Part shown: in pieces, positions 1-11,892 of the stretch | Numbering within the stretch: the stretch's first letter is position 1 | How the letters are laid out: each line of letters starts with the position of its first letter | DNA from: Eledone cirrhosa | Taxonomy: Eukaryota | Length of the DNA stretch: 64,000 nt | Direction of reading: 5' to 3' | Assembly (NCBI GenBank): GCA_964016885.1 | Contig: OZ024763.1 | Coordinates: forward strand, 13,826,001 to 13,890,000 | Notes under the pieces: generated by a model | Databases searched by the model: none | The model's input: the letters and a program-made list of their open reading frames with translations, nothing else | Told to the model about the DNA's origin: nothing | Made by a program: the position numbers and the translations under genes

Positions 1-279
1 ATATATATACATATATATACACACACTCCATGAACAAGGATAGCTGCATATTTACACTTCCCCCAATCATTTTGTCTTGAAAATAAACATGTCTTAAAAT
101 CTATGTGTTCCATTTCAATTAATTTCTTATTTCGTGTTTCAGTACATTTGTTCTTAAAACTAAGGGGGTCTTACATCCCAAAAAATATTGTAAGATGTCT
201 CCATAGATTGACATTCTCAATTTAATTCTTTCTCTTGTGTATTGTTCTCTAATGGATAACATATGTATGTTGTTCATTA

Positions 280-430
280 GAGGTAGAAGTAACACGACCT
301 TCCCTCATCGCTGCACAGATCTAACTGGCAGTGTGTTTAGCATGAGTGCTGGTAAGTATTCGACAACTGTGAACATCAGCTGTGAAGTCAGAACAAACTG
401 CCTTTATATAGGGTGTTAATTGGAAAGACT
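280..430 (-). promoter_or_regulatory. Module-repeated element with a minus-strand TATA box (TATATAAAGGCAG)
   Basis: TATA at 403-410; paralogs with TATA at ~23063, 30792, 34257, 38011 and 61699. Confidence 0.35.
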
Positions 431-671
431 AAACAGTGAGATAAAGTGACGAGGTTCAATTTCTACCAAGAATTACACAAGGTTATTTTAAACCAGAAAT
501 TATTATGTTGTTGCTGTAAATGTGTAGTCAGGGTTTCAATCCTTAGCAGGGTTTGTAGAGTTACATTTATGTAATTATTAACAAATAAAAACAGATTTAT
601 ATAGCGATGTTGTACGTTCAAATAAAACACACACACATATATATATATAAATAAATATTTATATGTTATAT

Positions 672-860
672 TGTTTCTAATTTTGGCACAAGGCCAGCAA
701 TTATCCCAGTGTATTACTGGTACTTTATTTTATTGACCCTGTAAAGATGAAAGGCAAAGTTAACCTCGGCGGGATTTGAACTCAGAATGGCAAGGGCCGT
801 AACTCTATGCTGGGAAGCATAGCGTTTGAACCTCTACCGATTCTGCTAATATACCGCCCC
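672..860 (-). mobile_element. tRNA-derived SINE (octopus-type)
   Basis: B box GAGTTCAAATCCCGCCGAGG and body GTTAACTTTGCCTTTCATC...AAGTACCAG...GCTGGCCTTGTGCCAAAA; duplicate at ~38279-38465. Confidence 0.85.
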
Positions 861-986
861 TGCCAAGACACCGCCCTATGTAGTGTTAATAAGACGGAAC
901 CAGCATGAATGTAACCACATCTATTTAGCTTGCTAATAGAAAGTAGTTTCATATATATTAAATTTCAATTAGTTCTGTAGCTGTTA

Positions 987-1084
987 TTGTTACGGTGGCC
1001 TAGTGGGGGTTATTAGAGACGGTGGAGGACCTGGTTTGGTTTTCAATGAAGACATACATTAAGGGGGTCTTACTTTTCCATTTT
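987..1084 (+). ncRNA. Two-hairpin Pol III-type element, degenerate copy (pair A, +)
   Basis: A box TGGCCTAGTGG, then GAGACGGTGGAG as in the family; B box damaged and the 3' arm of hairpin 2 is missing. Confidence 0.4.
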
Positions 1085-1091
1085 ATAAGAG

Positions 1092-1191
1092 AAAAAATGT
1101 AAGATTTAGTGAGATTATATCCTGATTCAGATCGAACTCACGACCAGGAACGGATTCACCTCTAATACATACCACTGGGTCACCAAAACGG
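1092..1191 (-). ncRNA. Two-hairpin Pol III-type element (pair A, -)
   Basis: Reverse complement CCGTTTTGGTGACCCAGTGGTATGTATTAGAGGTGAATCCGTTCCTGGTCGTGAGTTCGATCTGAATCAGGAT, then T6; A and B boxes present. Confidence 0.55.
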
Positions 1192-1361
1192 ATGTAAAAC
1201 CTCACTGAAAATGAATATATATCAACCTACTTTCAATATGGAACCAATATTGTTGCAGATGTTCGGTTTTCTCTTAGCTTTCATAAATTGAATGTTGAAT
1301 TAGCTTCTCATCGATATAGGGAAGATTGGAACATTCAATAATTCCGTATATATATATACAT

Positions 1362-1407
<46 letters not shown>

Positions 1408-1779
1408 AAGAAATAAGTCACCAAGTTCAACAGTTTATAAATTATTTATTTCATCAACACTTGTTTCATTGCTATTACATGTTACACATCTTAAGAAAGA
1501 CATCGTCAGGAACAATTCTAAACATAACATTGGAAGTCTACAATATAAATTAAATCAATTTTGAGGTTGAATATATATTTCAATGCCATATTGTTGTTTT
1601 ATCAACTGATAGAATTTTCAACACGTAATATATATATATATATATACGTAAGCATGTATGTTTATATATATATATATGTATGTGTTTATATATATGTGTG
1701 TATATATATATACATGTGCGTGTATATGGCAATAGGGAGCAAGAGTAACACACTATTGAACTCCCGAACTAGGGTGCCA

Positions 1780-2050
1780 CAGTATGGCACTTTAGAGCTT
1801 CAATGCTGCACTATGGTATTTAGTAGATTTAACTAAACTTAGTACTGACTTAGTACTGAGTTAGTAGAGTTAAAAGCGAATACAAGCAGCCAAAATGGGG
1901 TTCCTCGAAAGGGTCTTTGGAGTAACGTTACTTGATAAAGTGTGTAGCTCAGAGATCAGAGAGTCACTCCAGGTAGAGCTGCTACTTCTCCCAACAGAGA
2001 TCACAGCTCTGATACTATGGACATGTGGTTAGAATGTCTCAGGAAAGAAT
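1780..2050 (+). mobile_element. RTE-clade LINE ORF2 C-terminal relic
   Basis: [38 protein letters not shown]../..[12 protein letters not shown] matches the RTE post-RT region; frameshifted; duplicate at ~39390-39655. Confidence 0.8.
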
Positions 2051-2053
2051 ATG

Positions 2054-2084
<31 letters not shown>

Positions 2085-2412
2085 TTATGTATGTATGTAT
2101 ATATATGTCGACATATATATGTATATATATCTATGTATATACATATACATATATATACATATACATAGATATATATATATACATATACATATATATATAT
2201 ATACATAGATATAGATATATACATAGATATAGATAGATATATATATAGATATATAGATAGATAGATATATATATAGATATAGATATAGAGATATATATAT
2301 AGATATAGATATATATATATAGATATAGATATACAGATATATATATATATACATAGATATATACATAGATATATATACATAGATATATGTATGTATATAT
2401 ATATAGACATAT
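2050..2412. repeat. (TA)n/(TAGA)n compound microsatellite
   Basis: Visible directly; expanded in the duplicate (39655-40258). Confidence 0.95.
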
Positions 2413-4278
2413 GACCGTGAAATATGTGTGAGGTAAAGTAAATCTAGACTTTATTTCTCATTGCTCTAGGCTTGATTTGAACCTACAACAACTCCGTCTG
2501 CAATAATGTCATACCTCATTCCAGCGTAAATTGTTAAACGTGGTTCCTATATATATATACATGCAAGTAAGATTTGAACCTACAATGCTGTGCTTAATTC
2601 CTATTAATAAATGTGTTTTATAAAAGAAAGTAAAGAAACAATTTAATGAAAGTAAAATATTTATTTTATTCAGGAATTTATTTTTTTATTTTATGTATTC
2701 ACTTCATTAACTGCTGAATAGTTCTCTTGTTTTTGTTTGTTCTTACCATTGTTTACTGTAAACGGTGAGTGTGACGAGACTGGATTATTACAAAGTTTTA
2801 CTGGATGATGGCATTTTCTTATTGTATTATTTTGTTGTCAGTGGACATCTCTCTAAATACCTGGAATAAACATATGGTGTGTCTTTTACGTAACATTTCA
2901 TTTAATATCTGATGTTCCAATGGATTACTTTTAAAATAAAACCAATAAACAGGACAGGTAGACTCCAACAAAAGAGACCAGAGATGAGGTACGAATAATC
3001 TAAAATTAATTTTAAAAAGAAGACTGTGTTTAAAGAAAGACAAACAATCACATCCATAATTTAATATCTGAAGATCAACATTTTTCACGATATAAATATG
3101 TAAAGTTAAGTGACCTCTCATTTAGTTGCTCCAACTTTATTTTACTAATCTATTCTGTAGACATATATTTTCGTTGATGTACATTACGATTTCGTTGATG
3201 AAATTTTCTTTCGTCTTTAGATCTATATTTTACTTCTGGAATACTGTATTAACAATTATATCACTCGTCTTTAGATCTTTATTTCTTATAAAAGTTATAA
3301 TACTCACCTCTTCCCATATATATATATATTTGTAAAAAGGAAAAGAATGACTTGACTTGTAGTTCTAAACAATTTGATTTAGAACTACAAATGAAGTCAT
3401 TCTTTTCCTTTTTTCAAATATACCTGACTGTACCAAGGATGTCACACACACACACATATACTTCTACCTGGAGTTTCGACCGATAGATAGTATTAGCAAT
3501 TAGAAAGACCATTTTCATTTATATATACCCATATATTCATATTTACTCACTTCTATGTAAATATACATACATATATATTAAAAGCACATACCATCATAAT
3601 AACGATTGACTAATCATCAGGACACATGCTTGCTCATGTTAAAATTCTCAGAGACACTTACGAAAACCGAATTTGCAACGCCAGGTACACTTACATACAT
3701 ACATACATACATGTACGTACATCACATATAGAACAGGTGTGACTTATATAGGTACATCAAAGTTTAGGTTTCGCTATTGTACCATTCGAGGTAGTTAGAA
3801 ACAAGTACCAGTGTATTACTAGGGTCGATTCTTCTATATCTTTCTCTCACTCTCTGTAAGAGATCTGGGGGTGGAGATGGGATCTGTCAACTTTTACAAA
3901 GTACCCTAGACACCCTGAATGTCAATGTGGGCCCTCTAGAACTCCCTCACAAGTTATAGGTCGCTACATACATATATAGCAACATCAGACAGATTCTTTA
4001 GATCTCTTTTACTCGATGATGCAAGACAAGTTTTCAGTGAGTCAGAAAGGAATATTTGTGATATGAAGGGAGAACCTCTCTGAATAAATATTAGATAGTT
4101 AAGATGCTACGTAAAGCAGGCGGTGACAACATCGAGGACCAGATGTGCCATGTGGAAATAGACATCGACATATAAATATACAAAGATGGGGGGGGGGGGG
4201 GGGACCTTATTATCATAGACAATTGGGCTTATGAACACACACACACACACATATTTATATACATACATATGTGTGTGT

Positions 4279-4385
4279 GGCTTCTGCAGGACTAGAACGG
4301 TTTCATTCGAAAGAAATCAAGGGCTTTCCTGATGGGTTTTTTCCCGAATGAAACAGTTCTAGTCCCGTAGAAGACATTTCTATAT
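4279..4385. repeat. ~105-bp palindromic element family with a hammerhead-like core
   Basis: CTTCTRCAGGACTAGAAC..TTTCATTCG / CGAATGAAAC..TTCTAGTCCYGTAGAAG; also at 15514-15624, 26459-26560, 42121-42226 and 54150-54260. Confidence 0.7.
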
Positions 4386-5538
4386 GAAATATTTATACTC
4401 TGATATATATATTGAGTACCTTACTTACTGTGGCGTTCATGCCTTTCTTAGTGTTGCTGTTATTAGAAAGGGTCGACTTTGTCTTTCATAATTCAGGCTC
4501 TTTCATGAAGTAAATATTCATTTTATTTCTTAACGCCCTAGTGTTGATTTGAACCTACAATTACTTCGTCTGCAATAATGTTCACTAATTTCAAATCTGC
4601 CATACCTAAATCCTGTGTGCGACTTACAAATAAATTGCTAAACGTCACTTTTATCAATGTAAGATTGGAACCTACAGTGATGTGCTTTGCAGTAATGTCC
4701 CGTAACTCCAACTCGATTGAGCTAAGCTTGTATATTTCTTTCGTCCGAATAACATAATGGTTTCGATCCCAGTTCGCTACTGGTACAAGAAATAATTTAA
4801 AGAAATTCTATATCCCCAGCTAAATATTGAACTCCTAACGACATTTTATGTTACTTAATACCAATAACCCTGTTACACACTGAACATCTAAGCCCTGAAC
4901 ACACATTTATAACTCAATTTCTAATTTTTAAATGATATTACACCACCTTTGTGTTCTCGGTGGATATTAATTTACAATTTTATAGCAGAAAAATAGAGTA
5001 CCAGTCATTTTTATAGGTTCAATTTAATCGATCGGCTTCTCCCCGTCAATCACTTGACAAACAAAGACACACAAATAGTATATATATATGATACGACAAA
5101 TTTGAAATAAATTACGTGTTTAAGAAAAAGAATTATTGAATGTAAGAAATTATAATTATTTAGTAATAATATTGTTATTGTTTGTTTTCACTGCATTAAC
5201 TGCTGAGTGTGACTTTTATTTTTCTTACTATTTCCTACCGTAAATTGCGGCTGAGACGTTATTGGAGTATTACTAAAGTTTACTGGATGATGGCGTTTCC
5301 TTATTGCATTATTTTACAAACAGTGGACATCGGAATATCCCTCTATATACCTGGGATAAATGTAAGGAGCATTGTTATGTTATACATAGAAATATAAGAA
5401 GAGATGACCATTGTACTATCATGTCACTCGTTAGAATTACAACTTTGGAGGAGATTAATCAAAGTGTTTATCCTTGGTATAGTGAACTAATGTTGATATT
5501 TTCAAGTCTTGACATTTATATGGAATAGTGTACTAATA

Positions 5539-6200
5539 AAAACAAATAACGAAACGAAATTAAATTTCGTTTCGTTTGTAACTCACTTTTGTATGACTGA
5601 CGCTTAAACAATTAAGTTAAAGATGTACATCCATATATGTATACTGAAATACTAGTATGTATATGAATACACACACGTATACATATGTAGATGTACCAAG
5701 TTTTTTCACTGGTCATTTTACTGTGAGTGGCCAGCTATTCTGTATGTAAACACACAGACAAACCGGTTTTTAGAGTCATACTGGTTTTTGAGGAAACACC
5801 TTTCCTCTATTCTCCAGAAAGCCAGACAAGGAATATTGAACTAGTTTCGTTGTTGTTACAACTCATCAGCAATATTTACCTATCTTCCGGCCTCTCTAGA
5901 GAATCGTAAAAGCACATATCGTTATATGCTTTTTCTATGAAAATTAGTAGTGGGCAGACTAATTTGCATAGAGTGTGAGTAAGTACCGGTTCAACGGAGA
6001 CGATAAAAACAAATAACGAAACGAAATTAAATTTCGTTTCGTTTGTAACTCACTTTTGTATGACTGAATACAGAATAGCTGGCCACTCACAGTAAAATGA
6101 CCAGTGAAAAAACTTGGTACATCTACATATGTATACGTGTGTGTATTCATATACATACTAGTATTTCAGTATACATATATGGATGTACATCTTTAACTTA
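5539..6200 (-). mobile_element. 662-bp non-autonomous insertion, Penelope-like/retrozyme-like, with 12-bp TSD AGTGTACTAATA
   Basis: TSD at 5527-5538 and 6201-6212; empty site in the duplicate at ~43352; internal direct and inverted duplications; contains a hammerhead motif. Confidence 0.8.
5832..5876 (-). ncRNA. Minimal type I hammerhead ribozyme
   Basis: Reverse complement AATATTG-CTGATGA-GTTGT aaca ACAAC-GAAA-CTAG-TT-CAATATT: 7-bp stem I, intact core, 5-bp stem II, palindromic stem III (ACTAGT), GUU cleavage triplet. Confidence 0.88.
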
Positions 6201-6341
6201 AGTGTACTAATATTTAAATAGTCTTTATATTTTTATCCTAAGATTTTAGATTTTTCAGCATTTAGTTAAGAAAAAGAACGTTTTATTATTTCCATCATCC
6301 GTCTCGCCATCTCCCAATTCTTACATATTCACAATTCTTCT

Positions 6342-7209
6342 GAGAGAAACACGAGAGAGTGAGGAGAAATGAGACAGAGATGGGGGAGAGACGGGAAGGA
6401 GAGAAGAGAGAAACAAGAGAGAGAGAGGGAGGAGGAAGGAGAGATGAGAGAAACAAGAGGGTAAGAAGGGAGAGAGGGCAGAGAGGAGAGAGAGGGCAGG
6501 GGGGAGGGAGAAGAGAAGGAAGAGAGGAGGGAGAGGAGAGAGAAACAAGAAAGAGAGGAGAGAGAGAGGAAGGAGAGAGGATAGAGAGAGAGAGGGATAG
6601 AAACAAGAGAGGGAGGAGAGTGAGAGGAGTGAGAGAAAGGAGAGTGAGAGGAGTGAGAGAAAGGAGAGTGAGAGGAGTGAGAGAAAGGAGAGAGGATAGA
6701 GAGAGAGAGGGATAGAAACAAGAGAGGGAGGAGAGTGAGAGGAGTGAGAGAAAGGAGAGTGAGAGGAGTGAGAGAGGGGAGGGAGAAAGGAGAGTGGGGA
6801 GGGAGAGAGGGGAGGGAGAAAGGGGAGAGGGGGGGGAGAAAGGAGAGAGGGGGGGAGAAAGGAGAGAGGGGGGGAGAAAGGAGAGAGAGAGGGGATGGAG
6901 AAAGGAGAGAGAAAGGAGGGAAGAGGAGAGAAACGAGAGAGGCTATGGATGGAGAGAGAGAGAGATGGATAGAGAGAGAAAGAGGAATGGATAGAGAGAG
7001 AGGGGGAGAGAGATGGAGAGAGAGAGAGGAAGGGAGAGGGAGAGAGAGAGAGAGGAAGGGAGAGGGAGAGAGAGAATGGAGAGAGAGAGGGGTAGGGGAT
7101 TGAGAGATGGAGAGAGAGTGAGTGAGAGAAAGAGAGTGGGAGAGAGAGGGAGAGGGAGGGAGAGAGGGAGGGAGAGAGAGAGAGGGAGGGAGGGGGAGAG
7201 AGAGGGAGG

Positions 7210-7247
<38 letters not shown>

Positions 7248-7250
7248 CCG
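6342..7250. repeat. Polypurine (GA-rich) low-complexity tract
   Basis: Almost purine-only + strand; shorter in the duplicate (43492-44060). Confidence 0.95.
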
Positions 7251-7330
7251 TGGTGTAGTGTAGTGCAGTCTTGTACGGTGTGCCTGTCTGCCTGTCTTGT
7301 CCCTAAAATATATCCTATATATATTCTCTT

Positions 7331-7403
7331 CTAGTTTGCCAACATATTCCAAGCAGGGTCACGTGGTGGTAACTCGTCTAACTTGCCTTCCAACAGGTCC
7401 TGC
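7331..7403 (-). pseudogene. Candidate terminal coding exon of an unidentified gene ((G)QDLLEGKLDELPPRDPAWNMLAN*)
   Basis: Acceptor TGTTTCAG|G, phase-2 entry, open to TAG; the single difference seen in the duplicate (44139-44211) is synonymous TTG/CTG. Confidence 0.5.
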
Positions 7404-8089
7404 CTGAAACATTATATATTATATATATTATATATATTATTTAAATATATATTGTATATTATAATAAATATTATATACACAATATACATTATATATATTG
7501 TATAATAAACAGTAAATATTCTATTATATTGTAATATATGGTATGTATATTATATAGAATATATTATATATACTGGCAAATATGAAAGTCTCTAAGAGGT
7601 GACAGTTGAGAGAAGGAAACCGCCAGAAACTGGTCTCTGGTGGCACGTGGTAATGTTTCTATAGCAACAGTGGTTCTCTTGGACTTACCAAAGTAAGTGG
7701 AGAGGGGAAGGTAATATTTCTGTAACCTCAACCACTTCTCTCTCTCTCTCTCTCTATAGAAATACAACGGGGAAGGGGAGGGTGATTTTTCTATGACACA
7801 ATTACTCTCTCTCTCTCCCCCTCTCCCTCACTGAAGATATAGAAGTGGAAAGGGGAATGTAATGTTACTACAACGTCTGTGACACTAGGTGGCGATTCGA
7901 CCGCAAGTTCTGCCAGTTTTAGCTTCTTACTTAGCTGAGCACCAGCCAGTTAGTTGAACCACGTAACAGAGCACACATACATTTCTCTCTCAGTGTGTGC
8001 GTGTGCGACAAGGAACCATATGGAACAGAACGCACCAGAGTACTCAATACTAGTAGAGTAGGTAATAGGAAAAAAGTATATATATATGA

Positions 8090-11000
8090 CGGCGAGGTGA
8101 GGAGAGGGATGGATGGATGGATGGAGAGAGAGAGAGAGAGGAATAGAGAGAGAGAGATGCATGGAGAGGAAGAGAGAGAGAGGGATGGATGGAGAGAGAG
8201 AGGGATGGATGGAGAGAGAGGGGGATGGATGGAGAGGAAGAGAGAGGGATATATAGAGAGAGGCATGGAAGGAGAGAGAGGGAGAGAGGGATGGATGGAG
8301 AGTGAGAGGGATGGAGAGAGAGAGGGATGGAAGGAGAGAGGGAGAGGGAGAGAGAGGGGGATGGAGAGAGAGGGGTGGAAGGAGAGAGAGGGGTGGAAGG
8401 AGGGAGAGGGATAGATGGAGAGATGTATAGAGAGAGGGATGGAGAGGGAAGGAGAGAGAGGAATTGAAGGAGAGAGAGGAATTGAAGGAGAGAGAGAGGG
8501 ATAGAGAGAGAAGGATGGATGGAGAGAGAGAGAGCCGGATGGATAGAGAGAGGGATGTATGGAGAGAGAGAGGGGGATGGATGAAGAGAGAGAGAGGGAT
8601 GGATGGAGAGAGATATATATATAGAGAGTGAGAGGGATGGAAGGAGAGTGAGAGGGATGGAAGGAGAGAGTGAGGGATGGCAGGAGAGAGTGAGAGAGAG
8701 GGATGGAAGGAGAGAGAGAGGGATGCATGGAGAGAGAGAGAGAGGGATGCATGGAGAGAGAGGGAGTAGGGATGGATGGATAGAGAGAGGAATGGAAGGA
8801 GAGATATATATATAGAGAGTGAGAGGCAGGGATGGATGTAGAGATGGAAGGATGTAGAGATGGAAGGAGAGAGAGAGGGATGGAAGGAGAGAGAGAGGGA
8901 TGGAAGGAGAGGGAGGGAGGGCTGGAGAGAGAGAGAGAGGGGGATGGAAGGTGAGAGAGAGAGAGGGATGGAAGGTGAGAGAGAGAGAGAGGGGGGAAAG
9001 GGATGGAAGGAGAGAGAGTAGGGATGGATGGATAGAGAGGAATGGAAGGAGAGAGGGGGATGAATGGAGAGAGGGAAGGATGGATAGAGAGAGGAAGAGG
9101 GATGGAGAGAGAGGGGGTAGGAGAGAGAGGGGGTAGGGATGGATGGATAGAGAGAGGAATGGAAGGAGAGAGAGAGGGGGATGGATGGAGAGAGAGGAAT
9201 GGATGGAGAGAGAGGAATGGAAGGAGAGAGAGAGAGAGAGGTGGATGGATAGAGAGAGAGGTGGATGGATAGAGAGAGGAATGGAAGGATGGATGGAGAG
9301 AGGGAGTAGGGATGGATGGATAGAGAGAGGAATGGAAGGAGAGAGAGAGAGGGATGGATGTATATATATATATAGAGAGAGAGAGAGAGGGATGGAAGGA
9401 GAGAGAGAGAGAGGGGGATGGATAGAGAGAGAGAGGGAGAGGGATGGAGAGAGGGAGAGAGAGGGAGAGGGATGGAGAGAGGGAGAGAGAGGGATGGAAG
9501 GAGAGAGGGAGAGAGGGATGAAGAGAGAGAGGGATGGAGAGAGAGAGGGGGTAGGAGAGAGAGGGGGTAGGGGTGGATGGATAGAGAGAGAGGGATGGAT
9601 GTAGAGAGAGAGAGAGGGATGGATAGAGAGAGAGAGATGGAAGGAGAGAGAGAGAGAGAGAGATGGAAGGAGAGAGAGAGAGAGAGAGATGGAAGGAGAG
9701 AGAGAGAGAGAGAGATGGAAGGAGAGAGAGGGAGGAAAGGGATGGAAGGAGAGAGAGAGAGGGGGATGGATGGAGAGGGTGGGAGTAGGGATGGATGGAT
9801 AGAGAGAGGAATGGAAGGAGAGAGAGAGAGGTATGGATGGAGAGAGATATATATAGAGAGTGAGAGGCATGGAAGGAGAGAGAGGCATGGATGTAGAGAG
9901 AGAGAGAGAGAGGGATGCATGGAGAGAGAGGGAGTAGGGATGGATGGATAGAGAGAGGAATGGAAGGAGAGGGGGATGGATGGAGAGAGGGAGTAGGGAT
10001 GGATGGATAGAGAGAGGGAGTAGGGATGGATGGAGAGAGAGAGAGAGAGGGATGGAAGGAGAGAGAGAGAGAGGGATGGAAGGAGAGAGAGAGAGAGAGA
10101 GAGGGATGGAAGGAGAGAGAGAGAGAGAGAGAGGGATGGAAGGAGAGAGAGAGAGAGAGAGAGAGAGGGATGGAAGGAGAGAGAGAGAGAGGGATGGAGA
10201 GAGGGATGTATAGAGAGAGAGAGGGATGGAAGGTGAGAGAGAGAGGGGGGGAGGGATGGAAGGATGGATAGAGAGAGGAAGAGGGATGGAGAGAGAGGGG
10301 GTAGGAGAGAGAGAGAGGGATGGAGAGAGAGGGGGTAGGGATGGATGGATAGAGAGAGGAATGGAAGGAGAGAGAGAGAGAGAGGGGGATGGATGGAGAG
10401 AGAGGAATGGATGGAAGGAGAGAGAGAGAGAGAGATGGATGGATAGAGAGAGAGATGGATGGATAGAGAGAGGAATGGAAGGAGAGAGAGAGATGGATGG
10501 ATAGAGAGAGGAATGGAAGGAGAGAGAGAGGGGGATGGATAGAGAGAGGAATGGAAGGGGAGAGAGAGAGAGAGAGAGAGGGATGGAAGGAGAGAGAGAG
10601 AGAGGGGGATGGATAGAGAGAGAGAGGGAGAGGGATGTATATATAGAGAGAGAGAGAGATGTATAGAGAGAGAGGGAGAGAGAGAGAGAGAGAGAGGGAT
10701 GGAAGGTGAGAGAGGGATGGAAGGTGAGAGAGAGGAAAGGGATGGAAGGAGAGAGGGAGGAAAGGGATGGAAGGAGAGAGAGGGAGGAAAGGGATGGAAG
10801 GAGAGAGAGGGAGGAAAGGGATGGAAGGAGAGAGAGGGAGGAAAGGGATGGAAGGAGAGAGAGGGAGGAAAGGGATGGAAGGAGAGAGAGAGGGGGATGG
10901 ATGGAGAGGGTGGGAGTAGGGATGGATGGATAGAGAGAGGAATGGAAGGAGAGAGAGAGAGAGGGTGATGGATGGAGAGGGATGGAAGGAGAGAGAGAGA

Positions 11001-11140
11001 GGGATGGATGGAGAGAGAGAGAGAGAGAGAGGGAGAGGGATTGAGAGAGGGATGGAGAGAGGGATGTATGTAGAGAGAGGGATGGATGGAGAGAGAGGGG
11101 GTAGGGATGGATGTAGAATGAGAGGGATGGAGAGAGCTGA
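8090..11140. repeat. Long (GA)n/GGAT/GGAA compound polypurine tract
   Basis: Built from GGATGGAAGG(AG)n-type units; source of the spurious S/L/P and E/R/G ORFs. Confidence 0.96.
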
Positions 11141-11276
11141 GAAATAGGAAAACATGTAAGACTTACTTTTTTGTGATGTCAAATAAAGTTTGACAGTACT
11201 TTTAGATTTTACAATTATAGGAATGACTCGACATGGTAACTACACAAGATAGAAAATATACAGAAACTAATATAAT

Positions 11277-11430
11277 TGTTTCTACTTTTGGCACAAGTCC
11301 AGCAATTACCGACTGGTAATTTATTTTATCGACCCCGTAATGATGAAAGACAGTTAACCTCGGCCGGATTTGAACTCAGAATGGAAAGGGGCGTAATTCT
11401 ATGCGTCAAAGCATGGCGTCCGACGGTGTA
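11277..11430 (-). mobile_element. tRNA-derived SINE (same family as 672-860)
   Basis: GAGTTCAAATCCGGCCGAGGTTAAC on the minus strand; duplicate at ~49460-49620. Confidence 0.8.
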
Positions 11431-11892
11431 GTGTGGTGATATGTGTGGTGATGTGTATGTCGTGGTGTGTGCACATGGTGTATGAGTACACGTGTGGAGT
11501 ATGTGGTGTGTAACGAGGGTGTGGTGTAATTGTGTGTATGTGTGAGTGTTTAATGTGCTGTGTTAATGAGTGGACTGGAGTAAAAAGGAGTCACACAATC
11601 TTTAAAAGACCCTAAATTAACTTGCCCTAATTACTATATATACTCAAATAAAAAAGGGATCGGCTTATAATTGAGAAATAGGACAGAATCCAAACCCCAT
11701 TTATAAGCCATGGTGGCTAATCAACAGACGACAGTTTTGAAATTCTCATGAGTGGAGAATATATTTATGAAGTTTTAATGTCATTTAGAGTATAGTTTTT
11801 ATTTCACTTCTTTATGTAATGAGTTACCATTTTCTGATTGATTTCAAGGTCATATTCATTAAAATCATCAAACATAATAGCAAATACAAATT

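Noticed and set aside
2017-2410. Y/I-rich ORFs (also 39655-40257 and 37389-37721)
   Set aside because: (TA)n microsatellite translations.
2819-2860. Minus-strand terminal exon after TTATTCCAG|
   Set aside because: Paralogs lose the AG (32575, 36031) and differ by an 8-nt indel, so no conserved frame.
7689-7755. Extra minus-strand exon ending TTTG|GTAAGT
   Set aside because: It lies in degenerate short tandem repeats, and its (AG)n differs by 4 nt between duplicates; not needed for phase compatibility, so left unsupported.
7931-11182. 1083-aa ORF and other long S/L/P- or E/R/G-rich ORFs (also 6321-7352, 44718-49353)
   Set aside because: Translations of GA/CT low-complexity tracts, open in several frames on both strands and not conserved between duplicates.
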